From Anthoceros angustus (taxonomy: Eukaryota; Plantae; Anthocerotophyta): a stretch of DNA of 64,000 nt. Under the pieces are notes generated by a model. That model ran no database searches and was not told where the DNA came from. It was given only the letters and a program-made list of their open reading frames with translations. The DNA is taken from positions 1-64,000 of the forward strand of contig MU008154.1 of the NCBI GenBank assembly GCA_010909165.1. Reading direction: 5' to 3'. The position numbers and the translations under genes were made by a program. This document shows, in pieces, positions 1 through 12,685 of this stretch. Each line of letters begins with the position of its first letter. The first letter of the stretch is position 1.

Positions 1-1739
1 GGCGCCCGTGGTAGGCTCATAACTCTGAGGCGGGACTGGTGTGTTGTGTGGGTTGTGTGAAGTTTGGTCTTAAATGAGCAATCAGCGTGAACCAGTCCAC
101 AGGCGCGTGTAAACTCCTTCTTCTTGAGGCGGGACCCGCAATTGTTTTGTGTCGTTGTGGGTGGAGGTTGGCGATTTTAGCGGTGCAAGTGATGCATTCG
201 TGAAGGAGAGTAAGGCGCCTTGCTCGCTGAGAATGAATGTCCTTTGCGGTGGCGTCGGGCATCACCACGACCTCGAACTTTCACAAGTCTCATGGGAATG
301 AAACCCAACAGCGTCGCACGGCGATAATGTGGCCGCAGTGACCTCAAGGTGGTTCTCCCTACCACACATAATGGTCACCAAGCCAGCTACACAGTGCCAG
401 GCCAAACCGCAACAGACATCACTGTAGCTATAACCTCTTGGGCATTGAAGCCAACGTAACGGCCTCTTGACCATGACATCTCAAAATCTCGTCACCCTCC
501 AACAGATTGCTTCTTCATCGGCCCGGTGCAGGACACGGTCCAGTGGCACCATCGAACTGTATCCCAGACCCCCAAGCATATCGCCAATGCTCTTGAGAAC
601 ACCATCTTTGGGCAAAATTCGACCAACAATGGCATCCATCCTTGACTCCTAACTGCATAATTTCCACAGTGGTGCTAGGTGCGGCTCAACTCAGACAAAA
701 CTTTGTGGGACCAAGGACTCATCCATATTTCCTTCAACCCTTTCCCAAAACTTGCCTTGAGTGCTCGACAAGGCCACCACCTCGAGTCCATCTTTGGGGA
801 TTGGATTGACTACCGGTTGTGGACGACAATTGACCAGTTGCGATGGTGCAAGGCGGAATTATTCAGCGTCGTGGCATACCGTGCATGTCGGCGCCCAACG
901 CCTCCGTTAGCTTTCTTGGTGGAGCCCTAAGGCGATCTTTGGTGCAAATCTTGTGCGGTGTTTAAAGCTCTCCATGCGGAGAAGTTTGTGGACATGGGGA
1001 CACTTTGCTCATGTTCCACAGCATAGCACCATTCAAAATGAGAAGAATGATACAAATATGGCCGGAAATTCGCTCACTCGTTGGCGGATACAATGTGCAA
1101 GTGCAAACACAGTGATTCGTGTTGCTACGTGTTGCAGCCGATTGTTTGAAACATCCCAAGCTGCTTACTAACACATGTTGGGTTAGAATAATCTCAAATA
1201 CCACTTAGGTTGGTCATCCCACGATGCGAGTGCATTGGGTGTCCTTGAAGGGCCATGCCGGCCAAAGGGGGTCTCCGTGTTGCCACGAGGAGGGGCATGC
1301 CTCAGCGCTTGGGAAGAGACATATGTCATGGAAGATGAGGGCGCGATACCATCTCGTTGCATGCATACCACGAAGTGTTAAAGTCCGAGGAAGAGGGGGC
1401 GTGGTGGAGGTTCCTGGGACCCCGGAACCCCTCCCGGCCACTTATCCCACGTTTGCCGGTTACATAGAGGGTTTCGTTCCACGAAGGAGTGGGGAGCCCT
1501 TCCCCGCACGGATGGAGGGGTGCGCCCTGACCGACCTCTCGACTATCACGCTCCGATACTGACCGGTGACTACTGCCCCTCCCTGGGCCACGCCGCCAGT
1601 GACCCACCCTCGGTAAGTCACACCCCTATGCCGCGATGACTGTGGCGAGATTCCACGTCGTGAGAGAGGCACTTTGCCCAATGCGAGCGACCCGGGACCC
1701 CCAATCACCGACGGTTGGGCAATCCTCCCACCAAATCCT

Positions 1740-4700
1740 ACACTCCTAAGACCCTTCTAATGGACAAATTTGGGGGCCCCTTCAAGCTCTTAACATGCCC
1801 TTGAAATTTCACCTTCCCCTCTCTTTCTGGTTTCTTCCTCCTCTCTTTTTTTCTCTTTTCTCTCTTGTTCCTTCCTTCTCTCTCTTGCTCACCATCCTCT
1901 AGCTCTCTGCGTAGCTTGGGTGGAGGCAAGGCGCTGATTTTAAGTATCTCCTCCCCTCTTATCTCCCCCAAGCCTCTAATTAAGTGCGGGTGGGTGGGGT
2001 TGCTTCACTTTTTGAGTAGGTGGCCTCTTAAAGGTTCTTAATCGCCTCCTAACAATCCCACTAACCCCCTAGGGGTCTTAGACCATTCACTCCCCCTACC
2101 AACTATCGCCTACTTCTTCTTGGCGTTGCATGGCAGCACCCAACCACGTCTTCCTTCTCTTTCAGGGGCTCTCCCCTGTCAGGATCTCCTCACTCTAAAT
2201 CCATGACGAACCTCCACTGTCACCGGCGATGTTGTTGAATGATGCTAGCACGCCCCCTCTTGAACGCTCTTGTAGAGACCCCCCTCTCAGAAACTCTTTG
2301 CACGTGCAATTACCTCAGGCGGTTGGGTGTTGGTCACGGCTCTTGTCTCACACCCCCACCAACCCTACACCCGAAATCTCTTCCTCTTCCATTGGCTCCT
2401 CCCACATTGAGCCTTGCATCCATTTCACTCTCCAAGTCCCGAATCTCCGATTAGGTGATTCTTCCAAAATCTCCACTGTCATCGTGGGGACCCAACAACT
2501 TCCTTGTCAACAAGGCATCTCCTTGGCAAACTTGTTGACCTAACATGTAAGTGGACCTCATCTCACAGCCCTTCAAACAAATCTCATCAAATTCCTCGGG
2601 GCCACTCTCTGAGGCTATCTTACATAGCATCCCTCTCAAGCTCACCTCACCAAAGCAGGCCCAGAAGTGACATTTCTGCATCTCTTCCATGCCTCCGAGA
2701 TCCCTTGTTGCCATGCATAATCGGCTGGGCGTTGTTTCTGACGACCGGCCATGCGATGCATCATTTTCCTCCGGTGGGCTACCTCTTCCTTCCACCGTTG
2801 GTCAGCCTCCGTTGCTTGCTTCGTGAGCTCCTCACGCTCCTTGCTCCATGTGGCCTGTCCTTCCTCCAGCTCCTTGAGCTTGGCCTCCAGTTCTTCATTC
2901 TTGGCCGGCCTCGACCTCCACTGGGCAGTCTTCAACTGTCTCCCCATTTGTTCCTTCTCGGCTGAGAGGGTTGAAATTGCTGGCTTGCCACTCCTTCCCA
3001 CATCGGACAGTCTCCTCAATCTTCCGGTTGAGGTAGCCACTCTTCATTCGCCCCTACTTTCTTGTCTCAAATTGCTCTTCAATCTTGCCGAGCCCCAACC
3101 TCCTCTCCAAGTCAACTAGGCGCCTTCGCAGCGCCATCTCCTTGATAGCCTTGCTATCCTTCTCCCTACACGATTGTAGGGCAATCGCCTTAAGCCTCAC
3201 GGCGGCTCACCTCTAACTCCTCTACTTCGTAAGGCTTGCTTCACTAATGGAGTGTCAATTAGCTAACGGATGGTCGTGGATCCTTCAAAGCCTTTGTCTT
3301 CTCATTCCCTCCTATGAAACTCGTGCCTTTCTCTTGGTGAGTAGTCTCTCCACTCGATCGATTGGGTGGAACTCCTATGACTCGGTCATCTCCCGGGTGG
3401 GTTAGTTCCACCACCGCCTCCATGGGGTTGCCTCCTGTACACATGGTGGCACTACCTCTTTCACTGACTTGCCTCCCCCACAGACGTGTACCTTCTTCTT
3501 CCTTGGCGTCAGGGCCGGGTGGTCTCATCGTCCAGATCACCACGTGGTGAAGCACTCCTTGCTCCACCTTAGGTTCCTCTTGCTCTTCACCTTCTTGGGA
3601 GAGGGACCCCTGACCATCCCTCGAGAGGGACCACTTCAAACGGGTCAATTTGGTGAATTCCTCCAGCTCTTCTTCGTCGATGTAACCCATGCCCCCAAGG
3701 AGTAAGTACTCAATGGGTCAGGCTCGCCTCATTGTCCACAATGTTTGGCCCTCAAGAGCTTGTCCTGGATGCTCATGGGCCCATATGACATGGTGTCCCC
3801 CAGTCAGGCCCGCTTGCTCTAGCCACGACCACATGAAATGAAAGAATGCCTTTCTTTAGGTGGTTCACCGACAATGTGTCGCCCCCAAAACTATCCTTGT
3901 AAAAGCTTCCACTTGAAATTGACGTGATCTTATGCAGCCATCGACCATTCCGCGTCTTGGCGTCTATCCCTCACAGATATATGGTATCTTTGAGGAAGCT
4001 TCCTCGGGAAGGTCGACCCACCCTTCACTCTTTTTCCATCTTCATTTCTCTACTCTGTGGGGCCACACCCATCACTCTTAGTTTACGGCCTCCCATACAC
4101 CCTTCTGAATGTGCTGGACGGTCCTTCCCTTGATTCATGGCCACTGCGTTCCCTCTCCCTCCAGGTTCTCTGTTTCTCCTAAATCGATTCGAGTTGCTGT
4201 GTAGCAGATTCAATTAACTCCACATTAGAATAGGCCCAGTCTACTGTCGTAAACCACTAATTGGGTACGCACGTTTTTGCTCAGTGACCCTTTATCGAAA
4301 ATCCTCTAAGTCTCTGGAGGACTTGACTTGAAACCACAAAAATCCAGCCCCTCCTTCTCGGCTTTGCAGTCCTTCTCGGGAACTTCTCCTTCAAAACTTT
4401 CTCTTTCTTCTTCTCCTTTCTTTGACAAGCTCGCTTTCCCTCCTTCTTAACTTCCGGGCCGATCTTTGCGCTACTCCTCCGGAAATTTACATTAACAGCG
4501 TCTTCATCTCGACTTCCCTCCTGGCTTTATGCGATTGATGTTTCCTCTCCTCTGTCCTTCTGCTTTGTATAGTCAGCTTCTCCAAAAATCCTACAAAGTA
4601 TTTCTTGAATTACATCCTTCGTGATTTGTGTCCTTCAGGTCGCCCAGGTCCTCGTGAGTCCTCACGAAATGAGCTAAATGCTCGCGCTCACTGCTACTTA
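1740..4700 (-). mobile_element. Decayed repeat/retroelement-like region with a broken E/K/R-rich coiled-coil ORF
   Basis: Minus-strand ORF fragments at 1738-1971, 2451-3040 (LEAKLKELEEGQATWSKEREELTKQATEADQRWKEE) and 3259-3690 share charged, low-complexity composition and show no splice-supported gene structure. No RT or IN motif recognised. Boundaries are approximate. Confidence 0.3.
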
Positions 4701-5959
4701 CATATATAGGAGGAAAGGATTTCACACTCAAGAGGCCAAGGAACCACAAAATCTCCTTTGTCCAAAGCCAAGGGCCGAAAGTGCCCTGTCCAGAAGGCAG
4801 GGCCTTTTTCCCACTCAGTGGGGCATTAGAAATTTACAACCGGCTGAAAATAAGGAAAAAATCTCAGCATTCTGATTCACCAATTTAAAGTCCAAGGAAG
4901 AAAAATCGTGAGACATGCAAAAATTGAAGCCCGCATGCGTCATATTCTAACCGCATGGCAGTTTTATCTTCCGCTGTCAAGAAACCCTCAGAAGGCCGAG
5001 AGACGGCGCTTTGATCTCTCCTCAAGCGCGAGATGATTTCACTATATACTTATCGCTCCCTCACTTAGTCTTTATTCGCCTCTCAACTTCCTCTGTGGCA
5101 GCCTTTGTCAATAAAACTCATGGCTGCACCTCCAACCAGCTCATTGTCTGGAATTTACTTTAAAGCGCAACTTCGCGAAGAAGGAGTCCCCTCGCGCTTG
5201 CGTCTTCCCGGTGGAGTGGAAGCCCTTTCTGCTGTATGCGTGTCTGCAAGTCTGGTTGGGGGAGGTGACTGGCCCCAGCCAGCCCTGGGCCAGCACCAAC
5301 CCTCACATGCGGGTTCGGCCTTGAACCTACCTCATCGCGTCAAGTTCTTCAGCCTTTCCACATCCCGGACCTCCCGTGGGACCTCCGTCCAATCTAACCG
5401 TTGGACACAGGTTTAATTGATCCGTTTTTCCTCCACGATACATCAAAATCCGGTCGGGGCACGCCGTATAATCTGTCCTTAGCTTCTCCATGTGCACACT
5501 CCGTTCTTTGTCTTCCGTCGGTGATCTGTTGATGAGGAAAAGAAAAATAAAGAAAATGAAACCTAAGTGCTAATATAGACAAAAGCTGGAGGCATCTTGC
5601 CCCTCTTCTTAATGGACCCAAAATTTGGCGGTTCCACATGCGCCTTCGCCCAACAAATCTGCCATTGTAAGCCACGATCGAGGAACATCACAAGCTATAA
5701 GCAACTTCATTAGGCATACATCACCAAAAGAGGATTGAAGATACCAATTGTGGCCACCACGCTTGGTCTGCGGCCACCATGTCCACATACTCAGGAGATC
5801 ACTGCAAACCCGCCATCACATCACTGGCGGCCACCATGGCACTTTTATGCTAAAGGCGGTCACCACCAAACGCTCTCGTTCTTTAAAGTCAATTTTTATT
5901 GTGTTGTTGATAGTGGTGGTGGATCTAGATCCAGCCATATTAACAGATGGTGTGGTTTT

Positions 5960-6930
5960 CCCTGAATTTAAAATGCCAGTAGTTTCTATTAGGCGGAGAC
6001 CATATGCAAGAGGGCCTAGTGCCCAATCTAGTATGAGTCTAGACCTGAGATGCTACTGGCCACAGCGAAGTTAGACAGTGCATCTTCTACACATAAAATA
6101 CTAGCTGAACAATCATTTGAAGCAAAATGTTTATCTTTTCTTTCTAAGGGTAAGTTAATGGGATTGTTTGTGCTGGCTCTAGTAAGATTATTAATTTCTT
6201 GTTCTAACCTAAACAAGGATTTGTGCAGGTTGCAGATGTCAGCCTATTTTCTTGTGATTAATTTTACAAAATTGGATGAGGCTAATCGATGGCATTTTTC
6301 AAAGTGCTGCAAGAAGGCGAATATTTGTAACTGCCGGCTTTCCAAATCTTCTAACTGAGTTTCAATTGCCTGAATTGCATCATTGGATGAATGTCTAATG
6401 TTAGATGTGCTGTGGGGCCTTGCATTGCAGCTACACTACACAGGTGCTTACCTGTGAACAATTGGTGCCCTTGCAGGGCTTCTATGACCACGGTAGATGA
6501 AGGCTGGAGAACAAGTTGCTAAATCCCCAGCACTCCTTCTACCGTGCCTTGCCATAATGCTAGCACCTGCTTTGCAAGATATACATTCCAATTAGAGATT
6601 CTCTTGCTCTGATACCATGCCAAAGCACGGCACGGAAGCGAATGTGCAGAGAGAAAAGTGATGTACAATTAAGAAATAAACAGTGTCAAAAAAGTATTCC
6701 CTCTATATTCCCCGCTTGTACATGCTTGCTACCATAAGTGGGTTAATGGAAATAGGCTATAGTCTCGATGCTCAGACCCTCGGCTACGAGCTCGACACAC
6801 GAAACCACTAATCAAACGTGCATTGACATGTCCAAAGCAGCCAAAACAATTGTCTCTTGCAAGAGACTTCTCAACTTGGAAACAACACTCAAAATGACGA
6901 AACAACACTCAAAATGACGAAACAACATGA
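5960..6930 (-). mobile_element. 5' end of a truncated LTR retrotransposon: LTR end, tRNA-iMet PBS and decayed coiled-coil ORF
   Basis: 6606-6617 GCTCTGATACCA is the reverse complement of the canonical PBS TGGTATCAGAGC. On the minus strand it is directly preceded by CA (6618-6619), the LTR end. Broken coiled-coil ORF at about 6000-6400 (IQAIETQLEDLE...LFRLEQEINNL). Outer LTR boundary not determined. Confidence 0.6.
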
Positions 6931-7581
6931 AAAGCTAGGCTATATAGCAAGAGGAATAGCTCGTAGCTAGCTCTAGATGCATACACGAAGTGTATAGAAA
7001 GCAAAGAGATGGCCTACCAATATTTAATTGACCAGTTGCTTGGTGAGGATCCATGACCACTCCTCTTATACAATTTCGAGTACAGCCCATCTGAAAGTCC
7101 AGCTTGGCTTGAGTGCACTTCATTCATACTCTTTCATCCACACATCTGTTGTAAGTATAATCATGTAAGAGAAGAAACCGCGCATAGAAAAACCAGCATA
7201 TTCCAAAAGTACCTATACTATATTTTTTCCCTAATATTCTTATAGATTGGGCAGGAGAAGATAAAATTCTTCTCTGATTCTACATCCCTGATGCAAAGGC
7301 AAAAAATAGTCAACCATATTTTCAATAACATTAACATTAATATCAGTTGATATTGGTTTAAAATATTCTCATACAAAATCATTTAAATAAAAATTATACA
7401 TATATAGATGCTAAGTTGATGATGGCTTAAAATATCATGTAAACTAATTCCCATATATTCAACCCTCATTATAAGTATGAACTTATATGATAATTAGTGT
7501 ATAGTAAAACTGATCAGCAGATATTAGGTATTCAATGGGACAATCCGATGAGAAGCAGGAAACAAGAGGAAAGAAGGAGAC

Positions 7582-8341
7582 TACCTCAAAGATCATTGTT
7601 GAAAACAGGCCACACTTTAGACAACTAACAACCAAAAAAATAATACAGTCGGGCCCCCCTAATTGGGAACTCTATAAATGGGATTCCTCTCTAAATGGGA
7701 CCTCCCATCCTACTCCCTTTAGTTTACAATGTAACAAATGGGACTTTTCTCTAAAAATTGGGACCTTTTGAAACATACATTCATGTTAGTTTCACCTCCC
7801 TAAATGGGATTTCCAATTTTGTTTCCAAAAAAATATTTAAAAAAATAGAAAAGAATCGATTATTTCAGAGCACAATAGACTTTTAGGTGTGATTGAAGAC
7901 TCTTAAGCTAATCTTTTTCTTTTATGATAGGTAGAGGTTTTCTGATGCTGCTTAGAGAGAGTGCTAGCTTTCAAACAACTATATAGAGAATTGGTAAAAG
8001 TTATTTTTAGTGAAACCTATCAATCAAAATTTAAAATTTTTGTATTTTTGATTTATTTTTAAAGGTTATAATATTTTTATTATTTTTAAATAGGAAAAAT
8101 ATAATCGGGACACCTCCCTTAATGGGACCTCTAAAGGCACTCCGAACCAGTCCCAATTAGGGGGGGGTGGACTGTACCTCAAAGTTCATCCTAAAGCAAA
8201 GGTCACTTTCGACAACTAGCAACCAGAAAATAAAAAGTTCATCCTAAACCAAAGGTCACATCCGACAACTAGCAACCAGAAAACAAAAAGTTCATCCTAA
8301 ACCAAAGGTCACGTCCGACAACTAGCAACGAGAAAACAAAA
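7582..8341. repeat. About 53-bp tandem repeat (about 4 units) interrupted by a MITE
   Basis: The unit AAAGTTCATCCTAAACCAAAGGTCAC..CGACAACTAGCAACCAGAAAA occurs three times at 8181-8341, with a diverged unit at 7582-7645 on the other side of the MITE. Confidence 0.8.
7646..8174. mobile_element. Non-autonomous Tc1/mariner (pogo-like) MITE, 529 bp
   Basis: TA target-site duplication at 7644-7645 and 8175-8176. Imperfect TIRs: CAGTCGGGCCCCCCTAATTGGGA ... TCCCAATTAGGGGGGGGTGGACTG. Repeated subterminal AAATGGGA motifs and an AT-rich non-coding interior. Confidence 0.85.
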
Positions 8342-9878
8342 CCTGCCTGTTTGCCAAAAGAGTCAGAAACATAATAAGATAACTTTAGCGTCCAAAAACT
8401 CATGAAAGATCCACCGGATCCTCATCAAGGGCCAGGTGGAAAGTGGCGTACACCGTTTGGAATTCCTACGCTGCGGCTAAAAGTGGGCATAGACTAACAT
8501 CTCTCCTTCTTCTTATGCCTGACCTACAGCGATATGTTTGCATGCGCGGGTACAACTATGTACACCAACTTCAACGTGGATGGCTGGAGCTAGGCACACG
8601 AACGGAAGGACGCGAGCTTGTCTGGGATAAGACCGGAACGATTTCCGCTCTTTACCACTTGCAAGTCCATCAAATTAGGGTTAAAGCAATCCGAGACAGG
8701 GTGATGTAACAGGCTCAAAAGAGCTAGTGTACACCATAAAAATGTTGACCAACTCTCGGGAGAGGAAGCAAGCAACCGCGAGAAGGAACTCTTGATTCCG
8801 AACGTCTGTAAGAACAGCTACTTCCACCATTGCGTGAGAGGTAGGCAGAGCTTCGGCATGTCCAAGCATGTGAACTCCTTTTAAGGTAAACCACCTTTGC
8901 TTGTGTTGTCTGTCTTGATCTAGAAAAGTTTGCGTGCTAGCTATGAAGTTCTGTAGGGCATGTCTCTGAGCGATCCACTACACGCTCCACCATGGCCATG
9001 TGTAGATGACATACACCTCATGCCCAGTCAGACAATTCTGTCTGTTGATGAATGAACTCATCCCTGTCCTTCAGCTCCACCTTGATGCTGTTAAGATATG
9101 ATAAAGTAGTCACCAGCTCACCATTGATGGTATTTTTGTCCTTCCCCTACAGGCTGTAAACCTGTTGTACGTAGCCTGATTCTGAGCTGTGACCACTGTT
9201 AATTGTTTTGTCACACCAGATGGAAAGACTCCAGTACTTCCTCATCAGGAAGAGGAGGGAGACCAATTACTTGTAGTGTCACACCAGATGGGAAGATTGC
9301 TGTTCTTCCTGAACTGGACGAGCAGGGGGACCAGCCTGCTGGTCTATGTGCGACAGACTTTTAAGATCTGCATTCCCGACTGTATGCTTTGTGCACTTGT
9401 CCACATGGTTTCCAAAGCAAGATTAAGATATGAACTTGGCGGCTTGAGACAGTGGCTACACCGTCCTGCCAGGCGCACGTTACAGCGACAAGGATGCGGC
9501 GTCTTATCTCCTTTTCTGTCGTCCAGTGTGTTTCAACGAAAAGATTTGGAGTCGCATTCCTTGTTGTTTCACATTTTCCGGAAATGAACGCGTTTCGACT
9601 TCGACTGTGGACTTTTGGGGTTTATCTTTTTGCTACATCTAAAGTTGTGACATTAGACGACATCGGTGCCAAGTAGCCGAAGCACAGAAAGAACAGTGTG
9701 CACCAAGAAAGGAAAGCTTATTATTGGCTACAGCGCCACATATTTGATGAAACAACAGGGTAAGAAAACATCAGCAACACGATGCTTCGGGTGCAATCCA
9801 CTCTCCTCCAGAAGTGCACCTCGAGCACATGCTTAACATTGTATTTCACGTTTCTTGCCCATCAAGCTCACTTTGTGC

Positions 9879-10529
9879 TCACTTGTGGCACTGGCAATCG
9901 GCGCACTTGCAGTTAGCTCCGCACTTGCAGTCATTCTCGGAGCCGAAGTCCATCTCAAAGCTGCATGACATTATTGCCACGGATGACAGGCAGAACAGAC
10001 GGCTCCAGATCTCACGATCCTCATTTTCCAGGCAGCCCAAACGGAACAAGTAACGGCGTGAACTTATGAAGCAGGGACAGAACAAGCTGAAGACGAAGAT
10101 TACCTCTTGGAAGAGCCGCCGAGCACGAGCATGGCGTCATCCATAGTGTTCTTGCACCTGCAACGAACACCGCATTCCATCAGCAGCCATGGCATGCAGT
10201 CCGTACTCGAGCACAAGCAATCCAGTCCTTCGATACGTCAGATCTCAGAAAAAACTCCACTCGCGTGTCCCCCGCCACGGAGTTATCAACACCTACTTCT
10301 ACCCCGCTACGCCCCGAGCAAGCACAGAGAATCATGACCATCACACCCGAAGTGCTTCGACAGATCGCAATTGCTTGCAACACAACAATCTCGACAACAG
10401 ATATCGATCGATGCAGCACGAAACGATCGAGGAAGGCTTGGAACCGCAAGCTGGCGGGACTCACTGGCAAGAGCTTCCGCACTTGCATGCGGAGCCGCAT
10501 CCGCAGGTGGCGCTGCCGCAACCAGACAT
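9879..10529 (-). CDS. MT: Metallothionein A, 66 aa, 3 exons (10529-10465, 10157-10104, 9960-9879)
   Basis: Spliced translation [66 protein letters not shown]. Canonical GT-AG introns; two Cys-rich CxC domains separated by a Cys-free spacer. Confidence 0.95.
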
Positions 10530-10652
10530 GTTGAAGGCCAAAGAAAGAGCTGAAGAAAAAGCGGAGAGCTGAGAGCGAAGAGCGAAGAGCCAACGATATA
10601 AGAGCGAAGAGCCCGAAGAATATGCACTGCCGAGTCTGGCACACGCCTGTGG

Positions 10653-10731
10653 TTTTATAGGCGCCTTCCAAGTTGCAGCCCTTCGGGGATTGGTGGACGC
10701 TCGCCCCTGGGCGCTGGCCCCGCTTTCGCCG
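10653..10731 (-). promoter_or_regulatory. MT-A core promoter: TATA box and a conserved 13-mer
   Basis: Minus-strand TATAAAA at 10653-10659, about 125 bp upstream of the ATG. CCCGCTTTCGCCG at 10719-10731 is shared with the MT-B promoter. Confidence 0.6.
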
Positions 10732-11917
10732 TAGTTCGGACATACCTATTTTTGGAAATCGATTCCTCACCCTGTTACCAACTACTCCTCTGTGATCCAG
10801 AATCCTCGGGAATCTTCAGGAACCTTGGAAGTGACTGGGCGGCAGTGTGAGCGCAGGCTACCAGTTTTTACTGATCCCAAACAGTGACAGTGGCAGAGCT
10901 AGGCCACAAGTACAGGCTTCTCTCCATGAGAGCAGGACGAGCTTGTTGCTGACCCCCGCAACTGCAACTGTGCAACGGCTCATCTGCCATGCGCCCACAA
11001 ATTGCTACCACCCCGTCCTTCCTCGTTTAAGCCAGAGACGGGATTCCAAGGGTTACAAGAAGAGGTTCCCTGTACCTGTACAAGTACCAGCACCAGCACC
11101 AGCACCGCACTGAATGCCGATCGGGACTCCTGGACGGTGTCCACTAGCTGCAACGGGCCCGCCAGGAGCTGCGAAATTGCAGTACCCGATTCCAGCATTA
11201 ACGCAGTCCTTGCTTATCCCTTCCACTGCTTCCAGTGACTGCCCGAGAGTAAGCCTTACTCTCGGCAGTTCATCACAACTACATACTTACCTCTCTCTGC
11301 TCGACTGGGATTTTTAACTCGTGTAATTGAATCTTGCAACTGTTGTACCGGTCAGTGGCAACAGGATGCCCACGAGCATGTCCTACCAAGTGTTGTCTTT
11401 GCAGTGTGTCCGCTCATCAGCGTCCAGGATATTTGACGTTAGCCAACCAGGAGGCAACAGGCAGCACCGCAGCTTTCTCAATTCACGAGTGACATATGTT
11501 GTCAGAGTTGCTCATATCGAGCGGAACCCATTGGAACAGGAGTTCGCGTGTAGTTGGCAACGCGTTGCAGCGGGTGCGTTCGGTGGTTGGTCAGGGGTCG
11601 GTCACTGGTCATACCTGTCATCACTTTTTCCGTGACAGCAGCTCACGATTAGCGATTGAGAGGGAGAGATTCGGTCTTATCGTAACTGAGGCTTCATACA
11701 ATTGTTTCACAAAAGAGAGCGCTCTGTATTATTCTTCTTCACAAGCTAGAAGAAGCTGGTTTGTACAATATACATACAGTCGGTCACGAAGGTGACCGAC
11801 TCCACAACGACTGCCTCAGCGGCCTCCTTGAAATCAAAAGACTTGAAATGCACCGCTAAGAATTTCACATGATCTACGCGTTAAAGCTCAGGACGGCCCG
11901 AAAGCACGCTGCAACAT

Positions 11918-12538
11918 TCACTTGTGGCAGGAGCAGTCAGCGCACTTGCAGCCGGGTCCGCACTTGCAGTCGTTCTCGCCGGCGAATTGAGTCTCGAAGC
12001 TGCAGGAGGAGCACGCAAATTATTAGCGCGTGCAGCAGGACTTCATGAGCTTTGCTACAGGAGCACCGCACATTCATCCTCCCCTGGCCCTACTGTTCTT
12101 GAACGAACAAAAGAGTCTCACCTCTTGGAAGAGCCTCCCATGACAAGCATGGAGTCATCCATGGTTGCGTTGCACCTACGCGAACCAAAAGGAAGAGGTT
12201 AAATCCACACGTTTCTCTCTAATTTCACAGAGGTCACACACAGAGAAGCAAAGAAAGCACCAAAACACAGCTATGGCTAAGCGTTCCAGCTTCTCTGCCA
12301 CTGCCAGCTCCCAAACAGAAGACAAGCGGCAGAAGACACAAAACCATGCCCGCACGTTACAACTTTGCCTCAATTGTCCTCACTTCACAAACTCATCACA
12401 CACAGGCATTCCGCTTCCCAATCGTGCGCAAACTCCACGCAATTGCGAGGTGCAAAAATGCGCAGGAACTCACTGGCAACCGCTCCCGCACTTGCAGGAA
12501 GGTCCGCAGGAGCAGTTGGCGCTGCCGCAGCCCGACAT
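11918..12538 (-). CDS. MT: Metallothionein B, 66 aa, 3 exons (12538-12474, 12175-12122, 11999-11918)
   Basis: Spliced translation [66 protein letters not shown]. Exon sizes 65/54/82 are identical to MT-A. Confidence 0.95.
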
Positions 12539-12635
12539 GGTCGCTGAGAGAGGAGATCGAGGATGCGTAAGAGGCGCTTGCTTGTTGATGGCGTGGAAGC
12601 GAGAGTGTGCGGTGCAGGACCAAGGCACACGCCCC

Positions 12636-12685
12636 TTTTTTATAGCGGGCCGGGCCGCGGGTTTCGCCGGAGCCCGCTTTCGCCG
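12636..12685 (-). promoter_or_regulatory. MT-B core promoter: TATA box and a conserved 13-mer
   Basis: Minus-strand TATAAAAAA at 12636-12644. CCCGCTTTCGCCG at 12673-12685, with a second TTTCGCCG at 12662-12669. Confidence 0.6.

Noticed and set aside
1-1700. Possible gypsy pol or LTR/polypurine-tract segment (GAGGAAGAGGGGGC at about 1387)
   Set aside because: No RT, RNase H, integrase or chromodomain motif found in the frames I examined, and no second LTR copy in the window.
8400-9680. Gene-like GC-balanced stretch with short ORFs
   Set aside because: No recognisable motif or consistent exon chain could be built by hand.
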